DNA of 64,000 nt from an uncultured Gemmatimonadales bacterium (GCA_963783385.1 CAWANJ010000001.1:717154-781153), one strand, 5' to 3'; numbered from the stretch's first letter, positions 21,504-31,616 are shown. Notes: generated by a model not told the origin, from the sequence alone. Translations and numbers: made by a program.

Positions 21504-22667
21504 ATGTCGCGAAGCCTGGAGGCCGCCATGGCGGACGCGGACGCGGGCCGCCGCGCGCCCCTCGAGATCCGGCCCGGACCGGAGGGCCGCCTGATCGTCA
21601 AGCTCCCCTACGATCCCGCGCTCGTGCGCCGGATCCGCGGGATCGCGGGGCGGCACTGGAATCCGGCGGAGAAGCACTGGACGGTGCCCCGAACGCCCGG
21701 AACGGTAGGGCACCTCCTGGAGATGTTCGAGGGCGAGCCCGTGGTGCTGGACCCGGGTCTGGGCGGCTCGGGGCCGGTGGCGGCGATTCCCGCCGGGGAA
21801 GGAGACGCCGGCGAGCTCCTGGCCCGCACCCGCGAGGAGCTCGGGCTCCGGGGCTACAGCCCCAAGACCCGCCGGGCCTACGCCGGCCACGTGCGCCGCT
21901 TCCTGGAATGGCTGGCGAGGGAAGGAGGCGACACCGGGGACCCGGGCCAGGACGACCTCCGCCGGCACGTGGCCCGCCTCCTGGAGCGGAAGGGCGTGTC
22001 CCACTCCTACGCCAACCAGTGCGTGAGCGCGCTCAAGTTCCTGTACGAGCACGTGCTCGAGCGCCCGATCGGCCAGCTCCGGCTGCCGAGGCCCAAGATC
22101 GAGCGCAAGCTCCCCGTGGTCCTCTCGCGCGAGGAGGTCCGGCAGATCTTCCGGGCCGTCCCCAACCGGAAGCACCGCGCCCTCCTCATGCTCGTCTACT
22201 CCGCGGGGCTCCGGGTGGGGGAAGTGGTGCGCCTGCGGCCCGACGACCTGGACACCGGGCGAGGACTCCTGCACGTGCGGCAGGGAAAAGGCCGGAAGGA
22301 CCGGTACGTCATGCTGTCGGCCGTGGCCGTCGAGGCCGTCGAGGAGTACGTCCGCTTCTTCGAGCCCACGCGGTGGCTGTTCCCGGGCGCGAGGCCGCGC
22401 CGCCACCTGCACGAGCGCTCCGTGCAGCACCTGTTCGCCCGGGCGTGCCGCAAGGCGGGCATCCGGAAGCACGCCACCGTGCACACATTGCGGCACTCCT
22501 TCGCCACCCATCTTCTGGAAAAAGGCGTGAACCTGCGGTACATTCAGGAGCTTCTGGGCCACAAGAGCCCCAAGACCACCCAGGTCTACACCCGCGTCGC
22601 CGAAGGAGACCTGGCACGAATACAGAGCCCCCTGGACGATCTCATGCGGGACAAAGGCGCCGGCTAG
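21504..22667 (+). CDS. Tyrosine recombinase; candidate integrase of the downstream cassette array
   Basis: YSPKTRRAY SAM-like domain, KLPVVLSREEV, YSAGLRVGE, GKGRKDR, HTLRHSFATHLLE, LLGH...TTQVYT; no IntI-type insertion. Confidence 0.93.
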   Translation: MSRSLEAAMADADAGRRAPLEIRPGPEGRLIVKLPYDPALVRRIRGIAGRHWNPAEKHWTVPRTPGTVGHLLEMFEGEPVVLDPGLGGSGPVAAIPAGEGDAGELLARTREELGLRGYSPKTRRAYAGHVRRFLEWLAREGGDTGDPGQDDLRRHVARLLERKGVSHSYANQCVSALKFLYEHVLERPIGQLRLPRPKIERKLPVVLSREEVRQIFRAVPNRKHRALLMLVYSAGLRVGEVVRLRPDDLDTGRGLLHVRQGKGRKDRYVMLSAVAVEAVEEYVRFFEPTRWLFPGARPRRHLHERSVQHLFARACRKAGIRKHATVHTLRHSFATHLLEKGVNLRYIQELLGHKSPKTTQVYTRVAEGDLARIQSPLDDLMRDKGAG

Positions 22668-23242
22668 CGAGCCCGGCGGCCTCCCTGCTGCTGCTGGCGG
22701 CCGCGGGCGCCCTGGCCTGCGCCGGAGAGCGCGGAGCCGCGCCCGGGGCCGCCGCCTGCGCCGCCCCCGATACCACGGCGACGGCGCACGTCGACCCCTC
22801 GCACCTCCGCGGCGTCTTCTCCCTCTCCATGCACGTGACCGCCGGCCGGCGGCCGGACTCCGTGGTCGAGGCCCGCCTGTGGCTCCGGCCGAGCGGGCGC
22901 GGCGACAGCCTCCCGAACGACCTGCCGTGGATCGTGGAGGGCCGGACGACCCTGGCCATCACCTCCGCGTCCCTCGCCACGGACGACCCCTCGGGCGCCC
23001 TCCTCACCTCGGACTCCGTCGCCCCGCGCCACGTGGTCGGCTTCTGGGACCCCAACGAGCGCTCGATCGCGCTCCTCCGCACGCGCGACCCGGGCGACGA
23101 CACGACCCGCGTCCAGCGCGGCGTCGCCCTCCGGGTCCTGGACACGAGCGCGGACGGCTTCCGCGGCACCTGGCACACCGCGTTCTGGAGGCCGCCGCTG
23201 CCGTCGGGGTTCTTCTGCGCGCGGCGGGCGGGAGGAGAGTGA
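22644..23242 (+). CDS. Hypothetical lipoprotein, start uncertain (possible indel at 5' end)
   Basis: LLLLAAAGALAC lipobox-like segment; no in-frame start immediately upstream. Confidence 0.45.
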
Positions 23243-23244
23243 CG

Positions 23245-23532
23245 ATGGTGCCGCGGACGAGAATCCCGACCCATCCCGGCGTGATCCTGCTGAGGGAGTT
23301 CCTGAGGCCGCTGGAACTGACCCGGGTGGCGTTCGCGGAGCACATCGGCGTCCCCGTTCAGCGAGTCAATGAAATCGTGAACGGGAAGCGAGCATTGACA
23401 CCCGCGACGGCCTGGCTTCTGTCCGGCGCGTTCGGGACGAGCCCCGAGTTCTGGCTCAGGCTCCAGAATGCATACGACCTGGCCGTGAGTCACCCGGCAC
23501 GTACGGTCGAGCGCCTCACCGGCAGGGTTTGA
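23245..23532 (+). CDS. higA: HigA-family antitoxin (no adjacent toxin gene)
   Basis: PTHPGVIL...VNEIVNGKRALT...FGTSPEFWLRLQ. Confidence 0.85.
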   Translation: MVPRTRIPTHPGVILLREFLRPLELTRVAFAEHIGVPVQRVNEIVNGKRALTPATAWLLSGAFGTSPEFWLRLQNAYDLAVSHPARTVERLTGRV

Positions 23533-23563
23533 CCCCCGCAGGGGGACACACGAGCTTTCAAGC

Positions 23564-23851
23564 ATGAAGATCGATCGTGAGGCCATGGCCGCTATCTGCC
23601 GGCGCAACGACATCGCGCGGCTGAGACTGTTCGGGTCGTTCGCCCGCGGCGAGGCGGACGACGGCAGCGACGTGGACCTCATCGCCGATTTCCTGCGTCC
23701 CAAGAGCCTGCTCGAGCTCGTGCGCATCCAGCGGGAATTCTCGGAGGCCCTGGGTCGCGACGTCGACCTCCTCACGGAGCGATCGATCAGCCCACACCTT
23801 CGGGAGCGAATCGTCCGGGACGCGCGGATCGTGTATGAGCGCGCCGCGTGA
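23564..23851 (+). CDS. Minimal nucleotidyltransferase (MNT) antitoxin
   Basis: LFGSFARGE...SDVDL. Confidence 0.88.
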   Translation: MKIDREAMAAICRRNDIARLRLFGSFARGEADDGSDVDLIADFLRPKSLLELVRIQREFSEALGRDVDLLTERSISPHLRERIVRDARIVYERAA

Positions 23852-24182
23852 CGACTCCGTCTATGTGGCGCACATCCGGGAAGCCATCCATCGCGTCCAG
23901 TCGTACATCCGCGGCCTGACGAAGGAAGCGTTCCTCGAGACGCCTCTCGTGCAAGACGCCGTCATTCGCCAGCTGCAGATCATCGGAGAAGCCGCGAAAC
24001 GTCTGTCGTCCGACTACCGGGCACGCACATCGGATGTCCCGTGGTCGGACATCACGGGGATGCGAGAGAAGTTGGTGCACGACTACATGGGCGTGGATCT
24101 CGAGGCGGTGTGGGAGACGGTCGTGCGGGATCTCCCGGAGCTGAGGGAGTGGCTGGAAGAGGCCGATGAATCTAAAGCTTGA
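23835..24182 (+). CDS. HEPN/DUF86 toxin
   Basis: DAVIRQLQIIGEA, PWSDITGMREKLVHDY (R-x4-H). Confidence 0.88.
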   Translation: MSAPRDDSVYVAHIREAIHRVQSYIRGLTKEAFLETPLVQDAVIRQLQIIGEAAKRLSSDYRARTSDVPWSDITGMREKLVHDYMGVDLEAVWETVVRDLPELREWLEEADESKA

Positions 24183-24250
24183 CATAGGGAGCATCCCTCA
24201 AAGGCATCGCAAGCCAGCCCACCACGCCATCATCCCAGATACCGAGTCAC

Positions 24251-24269
24251 GCCAACGAACGAGTTAAGC
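24251..24269 (+). promoter_or_regulatory. attI-like primary recombination site
   Basis: GCCAAC-GAACGA-GTTAAGC; the only cassette start not preceded by a folded attC-like site. Confidence 0.6.
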
Positions 24270-24300
24270 GCCACACGTATCCTTCAATACGGAGTGAATC

Positions 24301-24987
24301 ATGGCTGGTGAACGGCAAGGGTTTCCAATGATTCCCATCAGGGCATGGTGGGCGCTCAGAAAGAGGTTTCGGCTCACCATGCCTAAGGAGGTCACCGCGA
24401 CCTATGTCGCATCTGCGTTGGACATGACACCCCGTTCGGCAGAGGCCAACGTGCTTCCAAGCCTGCGCCAGATGGGACTTATCGACGCTGACGGCAAACC
24501 GAGTGACCTCGCCAACAGATGGCGCGATGACGACGAGTATGCTGACGTCGCCGAGACTATTCGAAGCGAGGTATACCCGAGGGAACTGCTCGATCTGGCA
24601 CCGGCGGGGCATGCCGATCGAAGTACCGTTCAATCTTGGTTTGCGCGTCATACGGGCGCAGGTGAGAGCGCGGCGAGGAAGATGGCAGCAGTCTACATGA
24701 TACTGATCGACGCCGATCCGGGTCATGCGCAGGGCAATAAGAGCGGAACTGGGACACCTCGCAGATCGAAGCGCAAGCCGTCCAAGAGGAAGAAGAAGAA
24801 GGAGACCGGGACCAGGCCGGACGCTCAAACGGATGCAGACAATCAGGATGATGAGCCGCGGCGACCTTCCCTTCCCCAGGTGGCATTCAACATTCAGGTT
24901 GTGCTGCCTTCCGATGGGAGCGCGGAGACCTACGATCAGATTTTTGCCAGCATCGCGAAGCACCTCCTGAGCGGCCCGACTGAGTGA
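24301..24987 (+). CDS. Cassette 1 gene A: DUF5343-like protein
   Basis: LRQMGLIDADGKPS motif, basic linker, C-terminal NIQVVLP...YDQIFASI. Confidence 0.6.
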   Translation: MAGERQGFPMIPIRAWWALRKRFRLTMPKEVTATYVASALDMTPRSAEANVLPSLRQMGLIDADGKPSDLANRWRDDDEYADVAETIRSEVYPRELLDLAPAGHADRSTVQSWFARHTGAGESAARKMAAVYMILIDADPGHAQGNKSGTGTPRRSKRKPSKRKKKKETGTRPDAQTDADNQDDEPRRPSLPQVAFNIQVVLPSDGSAETYDQIFASIAKHLLSGPTE

Positions 24988-25574
24988 CGGAATCGTCTGG
25001 GAGTAAGTGGCTTCACGAGGCCGCCCTAAACGCCAAGGGCGCGCAAGACTCCATCGACGCATTGCTTGGCGCCAACGAGACTCCATCTACGAAGAACTTG
25101 CGTGTCGAGGATGTTGAGGGTATCGGCTCAGCGGCCATCAGGGCTGCACTTGAGAGGGTCTCACCAGAGTTAGCGCGCAGCTACGATCAAATCCTCGAGG
25201 ACATTGCCGACCGCTCCCGTAAGTCATGGGCGGGTACTGCGCACGAGATCCGTGAGACGCTTGCTGCACTGCTAAGGTATATGGCCTCTGACGAGGAGGT
25301 CCAAGCACAGGCGTGGTACATTCAAAATTCGAACACCAATGGGCCCACACAGAAGCAGCGAGTCCGCTACATCTTGGAGACTCAATCTCCCTCGTCCAAG
25401 AGGGCAGATGTGGTCAAAGAGGTGTCGGTCCTTGAAGATCGAATTGGAAGGCTGGTTCGCGCCACATACGCACGAGCGAGCGATGCGGCACACCGTTTCA
25501 AGGGGCGGCGCGAGGTTATTCGAATACTCCGATACTTTGAGGTGTTCGCCCGCGATCTCATGGATCTTGACTAG
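24984..25574 (+). CDS. Cassette 1 gene B: predicted nuclease (pPIWI-associating nuclease/HEPN-like)
   Basis: AHEIRE...DEEV...WY...PTQKQRVRYIL and C-terminal SDAAH; GTGA overlap with gene A. Confidence 0.5.
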   Translation: MTESSGSKWLHEAALNAKGAQDSIDALLGANETPSTKNLRVEDVEGIGSAAIRAALERVSPELARSYDQILEDIADRSRKSWAGTAHEIRETLAALLRYMASDEEVQAQAWYIQNSNTNGPTQKQRVRYILETQSPSSKRADVVKEVSVLEDRIGRLVRATYARASDAAHRFKGRREVIRILRYFEVFARDLMDLD

Positions 25575-25588
25575 TGAGGACGTGCAGC

Positions 25589-25690
25589 GCTTAACACGAC
25601 GGGTGCCGCTTCACCGCCTGCGGCGGCTCGCCCTTCGGGACGCCCGCTCGCTGGGACTCGCGGGCGTCGGCAACCGCGGGGACGTTAGAC
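25589..25690 (+). repeat. attC-like site family A (~100 bp, 12 copies)
   Basis: TAACACGACGG(G/C)TGCCGC...GGCAACCGC..GGACGTTA; copies start 25589, 31971, 41789, 44180, 48153, 55519, 56927, 58770, 59521, 60912, 61696, 63221 (last has AGC for AAC). Confidence 0.88.
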
Positions 25691-25876
25691 GCCAGGTCCC
25701 CAAGACGGGGGTGATCGATTCCCGATTCGGAGGCGATGTCCCGAACCGCTGCCGCGAGAGGCGCAGCTCAGGCCGACCCCCGCTCGGAGGGAGAGAGAGC
25801 CTCCGAATCGAAGCTGAAGAGCGAATCGCTTAGCAGGTTGGAAGACAGGGCCACCGCTTGGATCGGGGGACCCGGC

Positions 25877-26032
25877 GTCTAACAGGATGGGTAGCGGCTC
25901 GCGCGCGAGGGCGCGCTCGCTTCAACCTGCTAGGCTTTTCGAAGGCGGGGATTCGGTGCGGGCTGCTAATCGAGGATCGGTCCGGCAGCGCAGAGCGGGC
26001 CAAGCAGGTTCGCTACCCACCGGACGTTAAGC
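25877..26032 (+). repeat. attC-like site family B (~156 bp, 7 copies)
   Basis: TAACAGGAYGGGTAGCG...AACCTGC...GCAGGTTCGCTACCCACCGGACGTTA; starts 25877, 27833, 28518, 29308, 32603, 34446, 62346. Confidence 0.88.
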
Positions 26033-26082
26033 GTCACGCTTATATCTCACCAACCTTGCTCAACGGATGTGGGCACCGGCCA

Positions 26083-26712
26083 ATGGAAACACTCAAGCCA
26101 CTTGACGAGATCTGCGAACCGGACACGCGACATACGATCTTCGGGGGATTTGATCCCGAGGGAGTCAAGGGCGAGGAGGGCGTTAGCCTTCAGACACAGT
26201 ATGCACAGATGGAGCGCCTGGAATTGCCAAAGTCTGTGCCCGAGACCGTTCGCTCGGCTTATGCGGTCACCCGCATGCTATGGGTCTACGGATGGTTCTA
26301 TTGGCCCTTCTACACACTCGCGCTCCTCCACGCCAACACCTGCCTTGAGATGGCACTCCATCAACGCTTCCTCAAGGACGGCTTGTACGATGAAGAGGGC
26401 GACTCATCTAGGAAGGCAAAGAACCGGACGCTAAGCTGGCTGATAAAGAGAGCCGTTGAGATGGGCTGGTTGGAGGACGAGGCTTTCGAGCACATTCGAT
26501 GGTGGACCCGGCAGACGCCTCCGTTCGAGAATGAGGGAGACGAATCGGGACACCAGACCGCACCCGATCCTCAGCGGTATGCGAAGACGCTGGCCTCGAC
26601 CATTCCGAGCACCCGAAATGCGCAAGCCCATCCGGGGCACTATTCGCACGGCTTCCCGCAGGTACTGCCACTTCAGAACGCTCGGGACATCATTGTGCAG
26701 TTGTTCATGTAG
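26083..26712 (+). CDS. Cassette hypothetical protein with a HEPN-like R-x4-H motif
   Basis: LEMALHQRF...TLSWLI...TRNAQAHP. Confidence 0.6.
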   Translation: METLKPLDEICEPDTRHTIFGGFDPEGVKGEEGVSLQTQYAQMERLELPKSVPETVRSAYAVTRMLWVYGWFYWPFYTLALLHANTCLEMALHQRFLKDGLYDEEGDSSRKAKNRTLSWLIKRAVEMGWLEDEAFEHIRWWTRQTPPFENEGDESGHQTAPDPQRYAKTLASTIPSTRNAQAHPGHYSHGFPQVLPLQNARDIIVQLFM

Positions 26713-26731
26713 CGCATTGGGGACGCGCGAC

Positions 26732-26887
26732 GCTTAACAGGACGTGTGGCGGCTCGCGCGCCAAGGCGCGCTCGCTTCAACCTGCGGAATGCTGGATGAA
26801 GCAGTCAGGGGAAACGAGACATGTAGCATATATCAGTCAGGCGAACGAGAGTGGCCCGCAGGTTCGCCACCCGCCAGAACGTTATCG
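26732..26887 (+). repeat. attC-like site family D (3 copies); further families listed in evidence
   Basis: B-like outer arms with ATGTAGCATATRTCAGTCAGGC interior at 26732, 27491, 31133; related family at 28883, 35153, 45086; singleton sites at 33754, 36366, 42651, 46409, 47153, 51956, 54595. Confidence 0.85.
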
Positions 26888-26994
26888 GACCTGAGCCGCT
26901 CGGCTAGCACGAGTGGATTGGTGGTTGGAACCCCTACGGCCCGGTGTACAGGTATCTGCTTGAGCAAGTGCCCGCGGCGGGAGGACTTCACTCA

Positions 26995-27558
26995 ATGTCG
27001 ATCCAAGCCTCGATCGCATCCTTATGCACGGTGCTGGCGGCTGTCTTCATGACCTTCGCGGTGCCCCCCAGGGGGACCCAGGCCCAGTCGGTCAAACTCC
27101 CGGCGCCGAACGTTCGTCTATGCTATGCGGACTGTGACAGCATCCCCTCGCTCCCCGATCACGCGGAGCCACACCTCGCGAACCCCTCCGTCATGTTTCA
27201 GGCCATGACGGAGGCGTACCGACAGAGACCCAAGACGGCTGCGATCGGTGGCAGCGCTACCGTGGCGATCCTCATTGGCCAAGATGGTTCGGTCCGAGAG
27301 GTTCGTCTCATCACCAGCTCTGGCCACGCTACAATCGACACCATGGCCGTAGCGGTCGGCAGCGTGATCCGGGCCGCCCCCCGGCCTGGAAGCAAGAAGG
27401 TGCATGCCCGCTGGTACGAGATGCCCATCGCCTTCGAGACGAGAGATGATGCGAGACAGCCGGTCTACGCCCCGTGTCGGAGATCAAGTCCGATAACAGG
27501 TCGGGTGGCGGCTCGCGCGCCAAGGCGCGCTCGCTTCAACCTGCGGGATGTCGCTTGA
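26995..27558 (+). CDS. TonB C-terminal-domain-like secreted protein; stop codon falls inside the downstream site
   Basis: Signal peptide, GSATVAILIGQDGSVREVRLITSSGH...PIAF. Confidence 0.6.
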   Translation: MSIQASIASLCTVLAAVFMTFAVPPRGTQAQSVKLPAPNVRLCYADCDSIPSLPDHAEPHLANPSVMFQAMTEAYRQRPKTAAIGGSATVAILIGQDGSVREVRLITSSGHATIDTMAVAVGSVIRAAPRPGSKKVHARWYEMPIAFETRDDARQPVYAPCRRSSPITGRVAARAPRRARFNLRDVA

Positions 27559-28175
27559 AGCCGTCAGCGAAGACGGCCCATGTAGCATATATCAGTCAGG
27601 CGGACGCGGCGGGCCCGCAGGTTCGCCACCCGCAAGGACGTTAGACGCCAGGTCCCCAAGACGGGGGTGATCGATTCCCGATTCGGAGGCAATGTCCCGA
27701 GCCGCTGCCTCCAGAAGCGCAGCTCGAGCCGAGTTCCGCCCGGAGGGAGAGAGAGCCTCCGAATCGAAGCTGAAGAGCGAATCGCTTAGCAGGTTGGGAG
27801 GCAGGGCCGCCGCTTGGATCGGGGGACCCGGCGTCTAACAGGATGGGTAGCGGCTCGCGCGCAAAGGCGCGCTCGCTTTAACCTGCTGAGGCCTCTCGCA
27901 GATGGGGATCCGATGCGGGCTGCTGATCGAGGATCGGTCCGGCATCCGAGAGCGGGCCAAGCAGGTTCGCTACCCACCGGACGTTAGGCGCCAGGTCCCC
28001 AAGACGGGGGTGATCGATTCCTGATTCGGAGGCGAGGTCCCGAGCCGCGGCCTCAAGAGGCGCAGCTCGAGCCGGACTCCGCTCGAAGGGAGAGAGAGCC
28101 TCCGAATCGAGGCTGAAGAGCGAATCGCTTAGCAGGTTGGAAGGCAGGGCCACCGCTTGGATCGGGGGACCCGGC

Positions 28176-28331
28176 GCCTAACAGGATGGGTGGTGGCTCG
28201 CGCGCGCTCGCGCGCTCGCAGCAACCTGCGGTAGCTTTTCGAAAAGGGGAGGCGATGTCGGCGGTCGATTCGGACGCGTCCAGCCCTACGGGTCAGTCCA
28301 GCGCAGGTTCACCACCCACCGGACGTTAGAC
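28176..28331 (+). repeat. attC-like site family C (~152-157 bp, 9 copies, all attached to gene-less cassettes)
   Basis: TAACAGGATGGGTGGTG...GCAGGTTCACCACCCACCGGACGTTA; starts 28176, 29650, 29990, 30328, 32260, 32945, 34789, 35497, 36712 (split by IS1595). Confidence 0.88.
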
Positions 28332-28706
28332 GCCAGGTCCCCAAGACAGGGGTGATCGATGCCCGATTCGGAGGCGATGTCCCGAACCGCGGCCGCGAGA
28401 GGCGCAGCTCAGGCCGACCCCCGCTCGGAGGGAGAGAGAGCCTCCGAATCGAGGCTGAAGATCGAATCGCTTCGCAGGTGAGCAGGCAGGGCCGCCGCTT
28501 GGATCGGGGGACCCAGCGTCTAACAGGATGGGTAGCGGCTCGCGCGCGAGGGCGCGCTCGCTTCAACCTGCTGAGGCTTCTCGAAGGTGGGGATTCGATG
28601 CGGGCTGCTGATCGAGGATCGGTCCGGCAGCGCAGAGCGGGCCAAGCAGGTTCGCTACCCACCGGACGTTAGACGGAATTCCAAAGGATTCTGAGGGAGC
28701 AGAGGA

Positions 28707-28871
28707 ATGCGCACACCGAGGCCACAGGGCTGGAGACCCACAATGTCCGCAGCCGCAGCAGCCGGTGCTGCCGGTCTCGGGGTCCCGACACACTCCCCTG
28801 TCTGGACCGCCTTCGGCGCACTCGTCGGTGCCACGATCGGTTACCTCGTCGCACTTCGACTAGACAAGTAG
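28707..28871 (+). CDS. 54-aa small membrane peptide (glycine-zipper-like), not in the ORF track
   Basis: MRTPRPQGWRPTMSAAAAAGAAGLGVPTHSPVWTAFGALVGATIGYLVALRLDK; purine-rich RBS; fills cassette 28668-28889. Confidence 0.6.
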   Translation: MRTPRPQGWRPTMSAAAAAGAAGLGVPTHSPVWTAFGALVGATIGYLVALRLDK

Positions 28872-29064
28872 AGAGGAACTCCGTCTAACAGGACGGGCGG
28901 CGGCTCGCGCGCTCTCGCGCGCTCGACCCAACCTGCGGTAGCTTTTCAGAAATCGGAACGGTGAGGTGGCGACCGGTGGAGAACCGCTCCGCCCTGCTCT
29001 TCAGGCCACCGCAGGTTCGCCACCCGCCGGGACGTTATCCGCAATCTCAAGAGGGTTAGGTTCG

Positions 29065-29283
29065 ATGCGCCGGTTTGACGTCTTCGGTCGAATGATGGGA
29101 GTCGATCGAAAGGACGACCGTTGGCAGGTCTACGATCTCGGGCCCGACGGCAAGCGTCGCGAAGCCCGCGACATCATGATCCCGGCATCGGTCCCCGAGG
29201 AGCAGCTCGCTCTCTACCTTGCGGAGATCTTCCATGAGTCAGCGTCGCCACGACGGCCCGAGGTGCTGGAACTGGACCCCTGA
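29065..29283 (+). CDS. 72-aa hypothetical cassette protein
   Basis: MRRFDVFGR...GPDGKRR...YLAEIFHE; fills cassette 29034-29314. Confidence 0.65.
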   Translation: MRRFDVFGRMMGVDRKDDRWQVYDLGPDGKRREARDIMIPASVPEEQLALYLAEIFHESASPRRPEVLELDP

Positions 29284-30531
29284 GCCAGCACGGGAGCGAG
29301 AGTCTGCGGATAACAGGATGGGTAGCGGCTCGCGCGCTGCGCGCACTCGCTTCAACCTGCTGAAGCTGTTCGGAGGTGGGGATTCGGTGCGGGCAGCTGA
29401 TCGAAGATCGGTCCGGCAGCGGAGAACCGGCCAAGCAGGTTCGCTACCCACCGGACGTTAGGCGCCAGGTCCCCGAAACGGGATGTGCCGGGTTCCGATT
29501 CGGAGGCGAGGTCCCGAGCCGCTGCCTCTAGAAACGCAGCTCAGGCTGAGCTCCACTCGGAGGGAGAGGATGCCTCCGAATCGAGGCTGAAGAGCGAATC
29601 ACTTAGCGAGATGACAGGCAGGGCCACCGCTTGGATCGGGGGACCCGGCGCCTAACAGGATGGGTGGTGGCTCGCGCGCTCGCGCGCTCGCAGCAACCTG
29701 CGGTAGCTTTTCGAAAAGGGGAGGCGATGTCGGCGGTCGATTCGGTCGCGTCCAATCCAGCGATTCAGGCCAACGCAGGTTCACCACCCACCGGACGTTA
29801 GGCGCCAGGTCCCCGAAACTGGATGTGCCGGGTTCCGATTCGGAGGCGGGGTCCCGAGCCACTGCCTAGAGAGGCGCAGCTCAGGCTGAGCTCCACTCGG
29901 AGGGACAGAATGCCTCCGAATCGAGGCTGAAGAGCGAGTCGCTTAGCGAGAGGGAAGGCAGGGCCACCGCTTGGATCGGGGGACCCGGCGCCTAACAGGA
30001 TGGGTGGTGGCTCGCGCTCGCGCGCTCGCGGCAACCTGCGGTAGCTTTTCGAAAAGGGGAGGCGATGCCGGCGGTCGATTCGGACGCGTCCAATCGAGCG
30101 AATCAGGCCAACGCAGGTTCACCACCCACCGGACGTTAGGCGCCAGGTCCCCAAGACGGGGGTGATCGATTCCTGATTCGGAGGCGAGGTCCCGAGCCGC
30201 GGCCTCAAGAGGCGCAGCTCGAGCCGGACTCCGCTCGAAGGGAGAGAGAGCCTCCGAATCGAGGCTGAAGAGCGAATCGCTTAGCAGGTTGGAAGGCAGG
30301 GCCACCGCTTGGATCGGGGGACCCGGCGCCTAACAGGATGGGTGGTGGCTCGCGCGCGCTCGCGCGCTCGCAGCAACCTGCGGTAGCTTTTCGAAAAGGG
30401 GAGGCGATGTCGGCGGTCGATTCGGACGCGTCCAGCCCTACGGGTCAGTCCAGCGCAGGTTCACCACCCACCGGACGTTATCAGAAACGCGCCCCAGCTG
30501 ATTGGAAATAGGAGATTGGTACTGCAGCGCC

Positions 30532-30819
30532 CTAGGTGGAGGACGCAGCCTTCCTGGCTGGCGGAGGAGCCGGGGTACCATCCAGCATGCCGCGGATGCT
30601 GATGTCTTCGTCAACGTCGGGCCAGTGAATGCCTTGACCAGCTCCGATAAGACGGAAGTTGGTGCGCTGTTGGGGCGTGGCTTCGCTCAAGCGCCACGAC
30701 CACGCGAGCGGGACACTGATCGTACGGCCGTCTGTCAGGCGCGCGATGATCTCATTGTCGGTCACCTCGACGTCGGTCGCCAAGGGTTCAGACGTGGCCG
30801 CAGTGTTCGTCCCAGGCAT
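30532..30819 (-). CDS. DUF2442 protein (TA-like pair)
   Basis: LTDGRTISVPLAWSWRL...GIHWPDVDEDISI. Confidence 0.85.
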   Translation of the reverse strand: MPGTNTAATSEPLATDVEVTDNEIIARLTDGRTISVPLAWSWRLSEATPQQRTNFRLIGAGQGIHWPDVDEDISIRGMLDGTPAPPPARKAASST

Positions 30820-31030
30820 TCGAGATCCTCTGGATGTGGGACTCAATCAAGCCCCGGATCCTGTTGAGCTCGCGCGGAGCGAAGCCATGGTTGCGAGCGA
30901 GAACCAACGGGTCCAGCCAGAACTTGCACGTGGACCGATCACGCTCGACATGCACATGCTTTGGCTCCCTGCAATCGAAGCTGTAGAAGAAGAACCGGTA
31001 CGGTCCGGAGATGTCTGAAATGGTTGGCAT
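30788..31030 (-). CDS. DUF4160 protein (TA-like pair)
   Basis: MPTI...GPYRFFFYS...EPKHVHV...KFWL. Confidence 0.85.
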   Translation of the reverse strand: MPTISDISGPYRFFFYSFDCREPKHVHVERDRSTCKFWLDPLVLARNHGFAPRELNRIRGLIESHIQRISNAWDEHCGHV

Positions 31031-31328
31031 CACGCGTCCCGGCCCGAGGCTTCTCTACCCTCAGATGCTAGCATACACCGAGGCGCCTCGCCAAGAGCCG
31101 CGTTGGCCTCGAGGTCCACGGTCGCGCGAATCTGATAACAGGACGGGTGGCGGCTCGCGCGCCAAGGCGCGCTCGCTTCAACCTGCGGAATGTCGGTTGA
31201 AGCAGTCACTGGAAGCGGGCAATGTAGCATATGTCAGTCAGGCAAACGAGGGTGGCCCGCAGGTTCGCCACCCACCGGGGCGTTATGTCAAATGGCGCGC
31301 CATTGGCCTACGAGGCTAGATTTCTCGT

Positions 31329-31616
31329 ATGACACCGGCGGTGGCTGAGCTTCGGGAGCAGGTGCGAGACGTCATGCGGAAGCGTGGGGTCGTCCGAGCC
31401 AGTGTGTTCGGGTCCGTGGCCCGCGGGGAGGATCACCCGGCGAGCGATGTGGACTTCCTCGTCGAGCTGGAAGAGGGACGGACCCTCCTCGACCTGGCTG
31501 GCCTGCGGCTGGATCTCGAGGACCTTCTGGAGCGCGACGTTGACGTAGCCACACCGGCTTCTCTCCATCCCCAGCTCCGCGAACGTATCCTCGAGCAGCA
31601 GGTCCCGATCTTGTGA
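31329..31616 (+). CDS. MNT antitoxin (copy 1)
   Basis: VFGSVARGE...SDVDFLVE. Confidence 0.88.
   Translation: MTPAVAELREQVRDVMRKRGVVRASVFGSVARGEDHPASDVDFLVELEEGRTLLDLAGLRLDLEDLLERDVDVATPASLHPQLRERILEQQVPIL

Noticed and set aside
147-23242. Long Arg/Pro/Gly-rich alternative-frame ORFs (e.g. 1668-3935, 3171-5552, 21461-23242)
   Set aside because: Shadow ORFs expected in very high-GC DNA, overlapping well-supported genes
24179-24210. TTGACA upstream of the attI-like site as the cassette promoter Pc
   Set aside because: No convincing -10 hexamer at 16-18 nt spacing; needs transcription start site data
26790-26835. Promoter inside family D sites (TTGAAG-like...TAGCAT)
   Set aside because: Spacing is about 22 nt, too long for sigma70
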